A DNA stretch of 64,000 bases from Vicugna vicugna (GCA_013265495.1 MU058059.1:1364001-1428000); one strand, 5' to 3'; positions 1-12,958 are shown, numbered from the stretch's first letter. Numbers and translations: made by a program. The notes: generated by a model not told the origin, from the letters alone.

Positions 1-339
1 TTCTTCTTGAAGCCTGGCCGGCACCTTTACCACACAGTCATCATAGCTCCAGCGTGAAAACGACCTTCAAAATCCTTTGCTAACGGTGTGGCTGTTACCA
101 CAGCAAGTGTCAGGCTACCTGTCTGTCTGTCTACCCTTGATTCATTCTACAGGGGAGTGCAAGTCTTAGCCCATTCAGTTGGCGAGACCCGCCGCTGACG
201 TCCGTGATCTTTGCTACCCACCGTCTTTCCAAGTGACTTGCCTTTTCCTTAGGATTCTGCTGCTTCCTGTTGAAAAAAGGGGGCTGCATGTTCTGACCCT
301 CCTCCTGTGCTTCCTCTGCTCTTAATGAGGCAGATCAGT

Positions 340-505
340 GGCAACTGTTTCTGAGCTTGGTAAACACCAGGCCTGTACCAGGTGCCTAACACAAAGGAGG
401 TGGTATTAATCTTATACAGATGTGCTGAAGAAGACAGAGAGGTTAAGTAGCTCGCCCAAAGTCACACAGCAAGTAGAAGAGCCAGAATTTGAATTTAACT
501 CAGGT
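340..505 (-). mobile_element. MIR SINE fragment
   Basis: MIR core gaggttaagtagctcgcccaaagtcacacagc (reverse orientation). Confidence 0.75.
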
Positions 506-536
506 TAGTCTTCATGTAAAGAAACACCTTCTAGAC

Positions 537-747
537 CATGAGCTGGCAAACCACAGGCCACGAGGCAAATCCCGCCACGGCCTATTTTCATAATTGAAGC
601 TTTGCTGGAACACAGCCACGCTCATCGGTTTACTTGCTGTGTATGACGGCTTGCATGCTGTAGCAGAGATTTTACAACTGGAAGAGCCTAAATAAAATAC
701 TCACTATCTGGCGCTTTACAGAAATGGTTTGGGTTTGCTGACCCCTG
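537..747 (+). mobile_element. MER58A-like hAT-Charlie MITE
   Basis: ggcaaaccacaggcc...ggaacacagccacgctcat...tatctggcgctttacagaaa...tttgctgacccctg; 8-bp target-like flanks ttctagac (529-536) and ttctagga (748-755). Confidence 0.85.
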
Positions 748-919
748 TTCTAGGAAGAAAGATTCCTGAGACCAAAAATATGCACGCCCAGTGATGGTTT
801 CACACAGCTATCTTTTCCCAAAACTGCCCTAACAGCTGTCCTGGGTTATGACTTATAATGGGGTGTGGACAGCAAATACTGGGCTGTGACTGCTTTTTAT
901 TTTTAGACAAACTGTCCAA

Positions 920-1230
920 GTCCAGTCAACATTTCTTTGAGCATTTCCTGCACGCAGGCTGCGTTCAGCCAACGTGGTGTCAGCCACCAAGAGACAGGAT
1001 AACCTAACAGGGGATATGGATGTGTCCACTGCCAACCTGCACACAGAGTGGGTGGAGCAAAGGGCTGGAACTGAGAGATGAAAAGAGGAAGAAACCGCAA
1101 TGGGGTCACAAAGGAGGGAGTTTCTGCTCTGAAGGTCGGAGAGGTTAGAGAAATCTTTCAGAGGGAGATGAGCTTGAACAAGGCCTCAAAGCAAGCTCTG
1201 ACTGAGGAAAGCAGAGGCAGGGACTCGCAA
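920..1230 (-). mobile_element. L2 LINE 3' fragment
   Basis: caacatttctttgagcatttcctg... followed by gagggagatgagcttgaac, typical of a reverse-oriented L2 3' end. Confidence 0.5.
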
Positions 1231-1479
1231 AGGCACAAATGCGGGGAGGGTGGGGGTGCTGAGCAGGCTGCAGGCAGGTCACGCAGACCCAGAAGCTCTC
1301 TGCATCCGTACGTCCCTATGCATCCTTGTGTGCAGGGATGCAGGGACGTGATTTACTCAGAGCAAAGCAAGTGGGTCAAATACCCACAAGACTCTATCAA
1401 GCCAAAGAAGGATTCATATAATACATTTAGTTTGTAAATCAAAAGTAATTAAACTTTGAAACATACTGCATTATACAGT

Positions 1480-1700
1480 GTCAATGAATGATACAGGTAC
1501 ATATGAAAATGTTTAGTGCAGCCTTATTTATAAGAGGAAAAATACTGGAATCAACGTGAATGCCCGTCAACAGGAGAATGAGATACGTTAAGGTTCATCG
1601 ACACCATGGAATATGACACAGTTATGAAAAGTAATGCACAGAATCCACTTGGGACGATTGTGCAAATTATTCATGACAGGTTGTCAAATAAATCAAATGT
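1480..1700 (+). mobile_element. Ancient L1 (L1ME-type) 3' fragment; appears to resume at about 2140-2340
   Basis: aatgtttagtgcagccttatttataagagg...tgcccgtcaacaggagaatg...atggaatatgacacagttatgaaaag (L1 ORF2 end / 3'UTR pattern). Confidence 0.7.
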
Positions 1701-1710
1701 ATTTTTAAAG

Positions 1711-2118
1711 CTGGTATCTTTTTATTGTCAGACTTCCTTGGGGCCAACAGATAACACTGCCGCACGGCTGTCTGTAAGGAATCAGGTCAATTTGTTTTTC
1801 CTTGTGGGCAGACTTAGTTGCGTAGGTCTTTGTAACTTCTCCGTATAACAGTGAAAGGCCAAGACCAGATTATTTTTCTTCTGGTCATAAATGCTGATTT
1901 ATTTACAAGCGCTTTGTTCAGACCTCAATTATAAACTTGGGATAAAAACGTGTGTATGTTACTAAAGCCTCAGTATTTAACACCCAGGGGCTTTAGCGGT
2001 TTGCTCCCGTGTTAATCTTTCAGGAAGGAGCATCCGTCCTCAGTACCCCACATGGCCATGGCGTCATCTGTCTGGAGTGACACAAGTTAACCCTCAGGGA
2101 AACAGTAACAAAAAAGTT
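1711..2118. mobile_element. Probable ERV1-class (MER4-group-like) internal fragment inserted in the L1ME
   Basis: gtaggtctttgtaacttctccgtataacagtgaaaggccaagaccagattatttttcttctggtcataaatgctgatttatttacaag resembles recalled ERV1 internal sequence; interrupts the L1. Confidence 0.4.
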
Positions 2119-3339
2119 AACGTATTTTTTTAAAAAAAGAGTGAATGTGTCTCTGCACACCTGTAGGTATCCGTAAACACCAACAAAGTGCGGAAGAGAA
2201 ACATGACAATCTAGTCACACCCGTAACCTCGGGACGCAGCATCAGAGCTGAGGGAGGACTCAGGAGTCAGAAATTGTTATTCTTAAAAACGTCTATATTA
2301 CCTAAATTATTGCAGTGGGTATTTTATATTTTTATAAGCCTCTAAGTCACGCTGTTTGATAGGAAAAAGTCTGGGGAATCTCAGTGGGTTTACTGTTTCC
2401 TTTCTCCTTACTAACCTACATGTTCTAATTTTCCTGTAATACTCAAGCATCGCTTTAGTTATAAGGAAAAAAAATCACGTTCAATGTCCCAACTTTACTA
2501 TTTACAACGAATGAGAAATAATTATTTTCAAGCCAGATGAAGCATGCGGATGAGAAAAAATGCCCGCCGGTGCTCAGGCAACAGCGTTTGTTTTTCTGGG
2601 GTGTGGAAGCACCAGTATTTCCTTGATGGAAGAGACCACGGGTGTTTAGCACACACTGTTCTCAGCATTTAATTACTAAGAGCCTGAGCCAAGGCAGGGT
2701 TCCAGAAATTCAGAGATCACAATAAATTACAAAATGCCTTATGAGAGTGAGTGCAGAAAAGTATTTTTAAAGCTCTTTTAAAGGCAGACATTGGTTATTT
2801 TATAACATTTGAGCCAAGCGGTTCCTCCGCTTAGAAGACACAAGACTTCAGTGAAGGTGTCAGAGGAGCCCGGTGCGGCCAAGCTCCTTCCCCTTGTCAC
2901 GGTGCCTGTCTGCGCTCCCAGGCTGGTCTTGATGAGATTCCGTTTGCAAAATATTCAACAGACCCCTTTGGTTTTTTCCTTAATGGCCTGGATCTGGGTA
3001 GAACTCTGGGAGTTTAAGGCAGGTTCCTGCAGAAACTAGCAGTGTCCCCTTTCCACTCCTTGTCACGTCTCACGTCTGTGACTCCTCTCCCATGATGGTT
3101 TCCTTCTATTTTTCCTCCTTCATCTCCTCTCCCTGAAAACACACTCCCTGCAGGATCGGGCAGCTTTGCTCACCTCCTCAACTGCAGCCCTCCACGCCCC
3201 ACTCGGCCGCAGCGGATGCCCTGTACATACTTGCTGGATGAACACATGTTGGGAGCCCGCCAGCCGCCCAGTCTCAGGGACCAGAGCTGCCCCACCTGCA
3301 TGCACGACCTCCTCCAGCCACTCACCAGCCTGGGTGGGC

Positions 3340-3470
3340 TTCTCACCACTAAGTGAAAGTTTAATACGGACAAGGGTTTTGGACTGTTCTGTTCACTGCT
3401 GTGTGACTGGAGTTGGGAACAGTGCCTTTCTAAGGATTGGGTCAATAGATAAGTGTTGAGTAAGTGAATG
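3340..3470 (+). mobile_element. L2 3' end
   Basis: tctgttcactgctgtg...aacagtgcct...tcaatagataagtgttgagtaagtgaatg. Confidence 0.7.
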
Positions 3471-5587
3471 GCTCTGGTCAGGATCCTGAATTCAGCAAGC
3501 ATTCAGGTATTCACAGGCCACAAACCAACTCTGTTCTGCCCTAACCCTAACTCCAGGGCAGGAGGAGGTACGGGATGCTGAGTAGACCTGGGGGTCAGAG
3601 GGCTCGCAGCTGCCACTGATGACAGTGTCAGTACGGAACTAAATTCCTGGCTCTGTCATTCTTATGTCTCTGTTGCGGAAGTTGGATGGGACAATCTGAG
3701 TCCTTTTCCATTGTAAAGCTCCAGGACTGTCATACTGGGCTCGCGGTTCCTTGGAGCCCAGCTGGGAGTGTGCAGTGGGCGAAGCCTGTCCGGGTGGCCG
3801 GTGGGTGTTCTGTCCAACCACAATCCTCTCCAGAACCAGAAGCCTGGGGGGTCCTGGTGTTTTGATCACTCCTCACTTGATTAAGGGGTTTACTTTAGTT
3901 CAGACTAAATAAACAAAGGTCTGAATGTCTACATTTGGTGCAAAGATGTGGGGTATACATACCACTGGGACTGGTCCAACTGCAAGACTTTAAAATCAAC
4001 AATTTTTATAAAAATGGAAGAAAGAGATGGAGTTATCATTCAGTGGTTTTCACTGTCTTCCAGGCCCAGTCACATATCTGTAAGTATCTACATCCATGCG
4101 CCTGTATTCAAAATCTAAGCTTCAAGAATTATATTCATTTTACAGGTGAAGGCATCGAGAGTCTAGCAGGAAAACGAATGTATATATCTGAGTCAATCAA
4201 CTGAGATTCACTGAGAACCTATGATGTGAACGGTAATGAGGAAAAAATAGAAGCATAGTGGAAGCTGGTCCTCATCCTTCAGCGGCCTCCAGCCTTTCTG
4301 AGAGAACAAGGCACAGGGAGATGCGGGGTGTGGTAGGGACCAAAGGCACAAAGAGTTCCAGAACAAGGAGGGGGCGCTCTCATCCGATCCCATCCCAGGG
4401 CAGAGCACAGCCCTGGCACACGGTTGTAGCTCAAAAGCGATCTAATTTGTTGAGTACCTACTAAGTACCAGGCATTGAACGAGAGGTTGGAAACACAATC
4501 TCAAAGGTCAAGAAGCTCTTACGGTTGAACCGCTGTAGGAAGTTTCCAGACAGAGATGAGCTTGGAGAAGGGAGCAGAGGCAGGAGAAAACGAGGTGGGA
4601 GGGATGGGGACAAAGGCGCTGGGGGTGGGACTAATAGTGACATCATTGCTGGGGACAGTGCCAGGGGCGAGGGGGACACTGAGCAGACTTCACCTCTCAA
4701 AGCAGAGGATTTACTGGGAAGGAGTGCGAGGAAAGGCTGGCGGGCTAAAGAAAACCCATTTAATGACTTGGAAGGTTAGTACATAAAACAACCAGCTAAC
4801 ACTGCTTTAATTCTGAGAATGGACCTCATCGTAGGTATTTATGCTGCGGGTGATCTGAGCCGTGAAAATGCTCAAGTTGGCTCCATGCAGAGTGACTTTA
4901 TTATGAGGCTCATTAAGGAACCGCCCCACTGTATGCCTTTCTCTCTGATTACTGTAATTTCTTCCTGGCCGTTTTTATTGTCAGTATAGGCCTTTGGGAA
5001 GTGCATAAAATTTATAAGATGGCAGGCATTAGTGGGCTTTATTAGGCATTTTCTTAGATTTTCTTAATAGCGGTGAGTGAATATGACGGCTGTTTTACCT
5101 AATGGTGGCTCTGCTGGCTGTGTGAACTGGAATGTGTTAAGCACTGCTTGGCGGAGGGGGAGGCAGAGGAGTCATTAAGGAATACTCAGGTGGATGGGAG
5201 GTGCCCAGGCCTGGAAAGGTGAGCAGATACTATAGGGCGGGGGTGGGGGCAGCTGCATTTCAAGTAATTTTCTTTATGATGAAACTGTTTAATGAGTATA
5301 ATTTTATTCCTTTGTTGCAGACAGAAGCCTTTAGTACATATGACAAAAAAAGTGCTCAGGGTGGGAGATTCTATATAAATAAGATAAAATATTTTGGGGA
5401 AATCACGGTGAAGACCCTTCCTCTTCAGGAGTTCTATTTCCACTAAGTGAGAAATAAACACATTGTAAGATGACCCTGAGAGTCCTAAACAGGAGCAGGA
5501 AGTCCAGCCAGAAGCCCAGCCAGATGCCCTCAGGGCCTTCAGCCGTCATCCCATCACCAGCCTGTTGTCATCAAAACATGTGCAGCA

Positions 5588-5800
5588 CGTAGAGTCAGGC
5601 CACACTGGAATCAAATCCCACCTTTTCTACAAAGTACATACGTGACCTTGGACACTTTGCTAACCTCTCTGAACTTTCCGGCGCCTACATTATAAAGCCA
5701 GAGTAAGAATGCTTTCCCTACAGAGAGTTGTTACGGGGATGAAATGAAATGAACAAGACGATGTAGATAAATTGCTCAGGACAGCGCTTTGCAGCACAAG
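5588..5800 (+). mobile_element. MIR SINE
   Basis: ggaatcaaatcccacc...gtgaccttggacactttgctaacctctctga...gttgttacggggatgaaatga. Confidence 0.75.
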
Positions 5801-8800
5801 GTGCGATGTGTCCGTATCACTGATGATAAATCTGGTGTTACTCTGTCCGTTTACTGAACCAGGAATGTGCTGGATTTAACTGGAAGACCTGGAACACGTA
5901 CCAGTAAGGACCTCTGCTTCCTCACCTATAAGGGACAATACTACAATCACAATAATGTCTACATTGCCTAAATAGCAAGGTTATGGGAAGCTCTGATGGT
6001 AACGTACGTGCGAACTTTAAACTGCTGAACAAATTAAAGGAATTTTCTGCCCTAGAGCACATACCCAAATGAGAGACACTCATGTGTAATGTCATCTGCC
6101 TCCACTCAATGCACAATGAGTGTAATACCACTCACGCTGATTAGCACCAAAAAGGAACATATTTACAGCGTACAGTTTTTCAGTAACGGCCACCAGTTGT
6201 GACTCTGACTCTTTAAAGCTGTACTAACACACAGCCTTACTACAATGGAGGTGAATCCTGTAAACATCTAGCAGTGTGTAATCACTCAAAGTCATGACTT
6301 GACCCTCTTTGTCTTAGTGAAAATGTGAACATAAATAGACTATTTCCACAAATGAATCATGGAGACTCGAAATTTACTAGTAGTAATTTCCTCTCCAGAG
6401 ATTAACATGAGAACAAACATGCTTTTTACACAGAAAAACGGAAGGATGCTGCGGTTAAGGAGAAGAACATTTCCTAAATTGCTGGGCAGCATCTAACTGA
6501 TTTTGGAAGAAGGTCAAGGGTTAATTTTGCATCTTGCAGGGGAACTGCAAGAAGTCGGAGGTGCTAAGGTGACAGTGATGCTCGTGGAAGAAATTCCAGA
6601 GGCCTGTCCAGAGCTCAGTGACGGTGGACGTTTTGGGGGCCAGTGGAAATGGTAACTCTCATTTTCACTAATTTAGCCCTGTGCCTATCCTTGGACATGT
6701 GCCAAGTCAACAACATTTTCCCTCAATGTGTAGAAGGGGAGAGACGGAAGTTGAATACTCTCCTCCACCCCTTTGTGGCGTCTTGCGATTTGAAGAGTAA
6801 AGATGTGGATTAGAGGAGAGGCGGCCTTGGGAGACTGCCACAAGGAAACTGCAAGAAGAGCTGAGATACAGCTCATCTGCTGTCATCAGCCACCGAGCAT
6901 TCTTCCCTGTGGATTTCCTCTCGCTTCAGGCCTCACGCTGGAATTCTGGGCCGTGAACAGGATGTGGTGCAGTTGGTGGCAGGATCCAAGTGTGCTCTGC
7001 TGTCGACTATTTATCCAAACATCAGTATAATAAGTGGTTAAAAAAAAAAAAAAGAGGACGGGGATTGGAGCGCAGGAATAGCTTTGGTCTTAGGATGTGA
7101 AAGAAAAAGCAGGCTGAAGAATCCAAGATGTGCACCTTGTGACTCCCCCACCCCCGTCCAGCCACTTAACACAGTTCTGTGCGCACACAAAACAGGCTTT
7201 GACGAAACAGGATCACGCGTGGTTCTTCTGCTTGGTTATCAACTCATGTTCTCCACTTTTTCTATTCGTAGTAATTATGCTTATCTGACAGATTTCAGTG
7301 CAAAACTCCTTCAAAACGGTGACGCACACAATAACGTTTTTAAAGGAGTAAATCCCTAAGAGGAGTGAAGGAGGGGGAAGCTGTCCATGCTGAAAACCTG
7401 GCCAACCTCTGAGCGAGCACAACGGTGTAACTGGTTTCTAAAGCAGCTCAAAGATCTGTTTAGCCTCTCTGACTTCTGACACTGAGGATGAATGTCTAAA
7501 ATGTTTACAAGAGAGGCTGAGCTTTTATTTGGAAAAAAGAAAAAGATAACAGAACAGAACAAAAAGAGTAAGGGCAGATGGCTGTACTGGTCTCTGGAAT
7601 AAATAAACACTGTTCCCTGGAAAACAGTTTGAAAAAAAGATAAGGAAAACACTTCTCCCTCAGCCAGGAAATGGGAAGGATGTTCAAGCTCTCAACAACT
7701 TGAAGTTGTCAGTGGCGTGGGCGTGAAAAGCAGGAAGGAACGCTAGACCCGCACAGCTTCAGCCAGAGGAGTGGGTGTCGCACAGAGGATAAGAACGCGG
7801 ATGCGGACACAGCAGAGGAGCGGGGCGCAGTACCCGCGGGGAGGGGATGCGCCCTGGGGAGGGCGGGCACCGTCCCGAGCACAGCCACCACACTCAGAAC
7901 CAGCCACTGAACAGAAATGGAACGTCACCCAAATGCTCTATAAAACGAACAAAATCCACTGTCCGGGATGTAAAATCCAGGTGAAGAGTGTGTTCTGCGA
8001 GCCAAGCCCTCCCAATGAACAGGTCTTGTGGTCAAGGAACATCCCTGAGGAGACTGAAGGTGTAAAAGGGCAGAAACTGGTTCCTGCAAAGCCCGCTCCC
8101 ACGTGCTGAGCGAGCAGAGTGGGGCTGGGGGGTCGGGGAACCAGCACCCCTCGCGGGGCAGCTCCTCCAAAGCTCGTCCAGACAGAGCCAGTGTCCTTCG
8201 AGGCTTGAACGCGAGCGCTTTCCACCTCTGTCTGGTCCCCGATTATTTACTTAGCGTTAGACCGTCCTGTGCTTATAATTTCCAGCATGGAGAACGAAGC
8301 TTTTATTAAAAATGTTATTCATTTACTTATTTACGTTAAAAAAAATCAAATAAGGTTGCACCTGCAGCTTCCTAGGAAATGATTATATGAAAGTAAAAAC
8401 TGAAAACTGATACTTCAAGTCCTACCTAAGTTTACATTTAGGAACAAAAGGATGATGTGTTAGCAACAAATCCAAGTGGAAACTATTCGGAGCAAGGAGG
8501 TCGTATCTGAGGGACTTCTGGGTTACAGGTGACAAAGACGAGTGCCAGGTTGGGGAGGGGACCCTGAGAGGCCGCGGACACTCGGCCACATGCCCTGAGC
8601 AATGCCACCTGTGAGACGGCTCCCAAGATAAAGGGAGACTTACACGGTTTTACAGATGAGATTTGCCGTCTGTTGCTTACATATATCTGCACTTAGAGAT
8701 AAATACACATTTCTGAGAATAAAGTAAGAAAACACCTTTTTAAAGGAACATCAAGGGTTGGATGAATTCTATGAGCCAGCGAACTCAGTATCCAGAAAAC

Positions 8801-8906
8801 ATACTTTGAAGAAACATAAGGAACTATTACAACTAACAAATCTGTTCTTTTCTAGTCTACGTGTTTTACTCTCTGGTTCACACCTTCAAAAAGTTCCTGG
8901 ACTTAC

Positions 8907-9080
8907 CTGCACTGATTGTTGATGTTTTCATGTTTTCCGCTGAAGTTCAAACTACAGAGGTTTTTCGATTTTAAACGTGCAAGGTCTGATTCCAAATCTG
9001 CCTTTGTTTGTTCTCTCAGACGATCGTGAAGCGTTGCCTCCTTTTTCAAGTTCATGTCCGAATACGGGCAGCCAAAAGCA
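8907..9080 (-). CDS. L3MBTL4: L3MBTL4 internal coding exon (174 nt): end of zinc finger and linker toward the SAM domain
   Basis: ...aaaccag|T GCT TTT GGC TGC...TGC AG|gtaagt. AG+T=Ser gives SAFGCPYSDMNLKKEATLHDRLREQTKADLESDLARLKSKNLCSLNFSGKHENINNQCR, matching the recalled L3MBTL4 sequence. Phase 2 to 2. Confidence 0.96.
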
Positions 9081-9839
9081 CTGGTTTGTATAAAAATGAG
9101 AGCACAGGTGTCAGTTTAGGGGGCTAAATCAGGGCTGCACTGTCATTGGAACAGACGCACATCCAATATTGAAAGGCTGAACAGACACAATCTTCTCTCA
9201 CTGCATATGCCCAGAGAAGATTCTTGCCCTCTGAGAAAATCTCAGGTTCCAGACTCCAGACACTGGTCAGCAGATATTACAGGTAAAGTTATCAGCATAT
9301 GTGGTTTTCACAATTTAAAAGACCTAAAAATCTAAGAACAACATAAAGATGTGCATCCAATTGAGCGATGAACAGTCATCTGAACGCCAGACCCCGTCTG
9401 CACCCTGACATCCACGCCCGGATCTGACCACCTGCAGCGCAGAATACGATGAGTAACTGACGCATTTACCAGGATTAGAGAACATTCTGATTTTATTTCT
9501 TAACATTCATCTGTCCAGAAATGCTGTATCTGGATTTCTGCTTAATCCTCCTGCGACCTCCTGGGAAGTTTGTGTTTGAACATGAGACACTGGTGGGTGA
9601 GAGAGGAGAGACCACAGTCAAGGCTGAATCCTGAATCCGGGGAGTGGTCAGATGCTAACAGCCAACTCAGGCCAAAGGTCTGCCGAGACCAGTGATCTGA
9701 GCCCTTCCACCAGCTGACTGCTCGTCTCTGTTAGACTTCTGTGCCCACGTTCCTGCCTCCTAAGAGGCCCCCAACCTCTGTGCTGCCAGGAATGAGGCCA
9801 GTGCTCTCAGGGGAAGCAGAGGTGTGACAGAGTCCCGTG

Positions 9840-9940
9840 CACATGACCCTCGGGAGGTGGTTCAAGCAGGACCTCAGTTCCTCCCCAGTGAAATGATAAA
9901 ATCAGATCCAACTCCTACGAGCTGTTGTGATGGTGAGGAA
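9840..9940 (+). mobile_element. MIR fragment
   Basis: cctcagttcctccccagtgaaatgataaaa...gctgttgtgatggtgaggaat. Confidence 0.55.
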
Positions 9941-10068
9941 TCACACACTCACACACACCCACACACATACACTCACACTGACACACTCATACACACGCTC
10001 AGACTCACTACTCACACACACTCACACACTTACACACTCAGATCCACACACACACACACATTCACACA
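9941..10068. repeat. Imperfect (CA)n/(CACT)n microsatellite, about 128 bp
   Basis: cacacactcacacacacccacacacatacactcacac... directly visible. Confidence 0.95.
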
Positions 10069-10084
10069 TTGATTTAAGCTCTCT

Positions 10085-10270
10085 TCATCTGTTAACTCTT
10101 CCAGTTCTCACAATATCCCTCAAAATACTACCATTATTGTCTGCCTTTTAAAGAAGAAACTGAGGCACAGAGAGGTGAAGTCAGTCACGCAAGGCCACAG
10201 AGCTTAGAGAGGTGGGACTGAAACCCCGGGAGCCCTATGCCAGGATCTCGGATCTTACCCACGATGCCAG
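10085..10270 (-). mobile_element. MIR SINE (sense to L3MBTL4)
   Basis: gaagaaactgaggcacagagaggtgaagtcagtcacgcaaggccacagagc MIR core. Confidence 0.85.
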
Positions 10271-12958
10271 CCTGCCTCTGAGATCAGACCTCTCTCTGAA
10301 CACATTAAATATAAGTTAAAATGATGGAATCCCTGACGTCATCACTTTGCACCTAGTAGGCGCTCTGCCAAATGGACGCTGGTGGTATTAACGTATTTAT
10401 ATAACATCTTTGGCATTGTTGATTATGCAGACAGAAAAAGTAGAGAAATTAGACTACTTTGAGAGAATTTCAGTTGTTTGAGTTTTTTTTAATTTCATTC
10501 CGAAATTTACTGAGTTGCTGCAAGAATAGAACATGTGGTTAAAAAAAAAAGGGAATTCTTTAGAAACAAAGACACATTCTCCACATGGAATAAAACGTAA
10601 TGTGAAGAACTGGCCATCTGGATGGTTTTTATTGGGACAAGCCAAGAGAAAGGAGAAGAAAATAGAACAGAGACAGGCTTGACTTTCTGCCAGAAAAAGA
10701 TTTTAAACACCATTCTGGCATGTCTTTAAACGAGAATTTAAATATGCCGACCCACTCACACACTCACTCACACGGCATCCACACAGCCAAACACAGCAGC
10801 CTACCTGCCGTGGCCAGGCCGGCCTCCGAGCAGCATCCTCTCCGAGCTGAGGCCGTGAGCAGAAGACACGGCTCCCGCCACTCCATCCCATCCACACATG
10901 CTTACAGACCGATGCTGCGCACACAGCACCGCACAGGCACCAGCGGGCCCAGAGCACGGCAAAAAGCCTACCACTAGGGTCTGTGACCCGAGGGTCAAAA
11001 GACAGATGGGTTAAAAATCTAAAAGGCAAAGAGCAGCACATATCACATTGTGGTTTATGGTTATTACGTATAATATGTGTTTAATAATGATGTCCCATAA
11101 CCATCGAAGCACACACTTAGCAAACATTTAATACGTACCCAGGCACCCTAGTGCATAGCGCATTATATGATTTCGTTAAATAAGCAAAATCTGGGAAGGG
11201 AATGTTTTCATAACGTTGTTTTTGCTTTTGCTCCTGTTGTTTCCTAATTTAGGACCAAGAGGGCATAGGGGCAGGTTCCTGAAGTAGCACTGGCCGCCAT
11301 CAGTTCCACGTGTGGAGACCAGAGACGCAAGATCACGAGGGGATGAAACGGGCCGAGAGCAGAGCCCCCTCTCGGCATGGGGGCCCCCGAATGTCTGCTG
11401 AAGAGTTTCAACTGCTCAGAGATGCAGTACGTTCCTGAATTGGGAAAGAGAGGCCAAAGGTCCGGCAGGTCCTCCTGGCAGCTGTGGCCGGGAGGGCAGC
11501 CTGAGGGCCGGCGGGGCCCGAGTGTGGATGGCAGGATCAGATGGAAAGTGGATTCTGACACGGACTATAGAAACAGCGCCAGTGTGGCCTGGGGACTTGC
11601 TAAACCTGGGAGTCAAACACTGAAACATAAACTGGGGTGTGTGGGGATAAAGCTGGGGGTGAGGTAATGTGCTCTGTCCCTAACTTTTTAAACTGCAGCG
11701 CTGACAGGTTGTTCCAGACTCCTCCTGCAGGCGAGCAGTCAGACAACCGCTCGGATGAGAGAGAGGTCGGGCAGGAAGATGACTTCGGGGTGCCTCCCCC
11801 AGGCACCTGGGGCTGCAGCCTGGGATGGATGCGTCCGCTGCGCACAGACAGGCTGCGGCTCACTTTGTGCATCTGTGGTCCTGGACGTCACCGGAGGCTT
11901 GCCTGCTGCCTGCTTCACCTGTGAACTCAGCCCAGGTGACACACGGCTGAGTCACTGGATTAACCACCGAGTCACAAATCATCTCATGACTCCCACCTCG
12001 ACTTCACTCACGCACACGCCTGGACCTCGGTTCTCTCCTGCTTTGAGCTGGAAGCCCCAGCCCTCTCACATAGCCCCTTGCTAAGCCAGGTACCACAGGA
12101 GCACCCCGAGTGGTCCCTGGCCTCCGGCTGCAGCAGGCTGGGGGACAGATTTCATATCAGCCTCTTGATGGTGTGAGGACGTGTGATTCAGTGTGAAAAA
12201 GCAGCCTTCACACGAGAAAGACACGGCTGGTGTGGCCAGGAGAGACCCCAGGCAGGAGGTGGGGCCTGGGTGGGGCCCTGAGAGTAGGCAGTATTCGAAA
12301 AGGCAGAAAAAGTTCTCTTTCGTCTTTAATTTTGTTCATTACCATCTTTTAAAAACCTGCTCGTACAAAAATAGTTTCAAAAGAAAGGTTCCAGTTGGAT
12401 GTTTTTGTTGCCAAATCTGTCAAGATAAGGTGGCATTTTAAGCTCTCCAGGTGTGTTAGTTTTGCAACCTAAGAAAGCTGAAACCAGGTCCAATTTGCAA
12501 TAACACAGACGATTCAGGCCCATAAACAGCTCTCGGTATGATTCTGGAGAACCGGGTCTCACAGCTAGAGTCACGGACTGGGGATTCGTCCTGAGAACTA
12601 ACTGAAGCAGACTCAGCCTCAAGGCAGATGGACTGTCCTAGACGCGGGAGCAGGCGGTGCTGACAGCTTCCCCCTACCCCAGCCAGGGCTTTCTGGGGAG
12701 TGCCCCCCCACCCCCGCTCTCCTCCTGGTTCTGGGATGCTGACGCTTTCAAAGGAGTGAGTCCGTGCACATGCCTGGGGAGAGCTGAAGGCCAAGATGTC
12801 CTGGAGGAAGGAAACTTGTGGGGTAAGTCACGGTTTCTAGTCTAAAACATGAAAACACCGGCCTCTCTCTCTGACACATGCTCAGTTTCTTTTTAGACCA
12901 GTGGCAGGCCACTTTTTAAAGCAACACTTGACAGGACAGATGGAGAGATGAAATTAAC

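Noticed and set aside
853..1044. 'CLKIK' in a minus ORF as the next L3MBTL4 exon
   Set aside because: Only five residues match the recalled next exon; there are no fitting splice sites and the region overlaps an L2 fragment.
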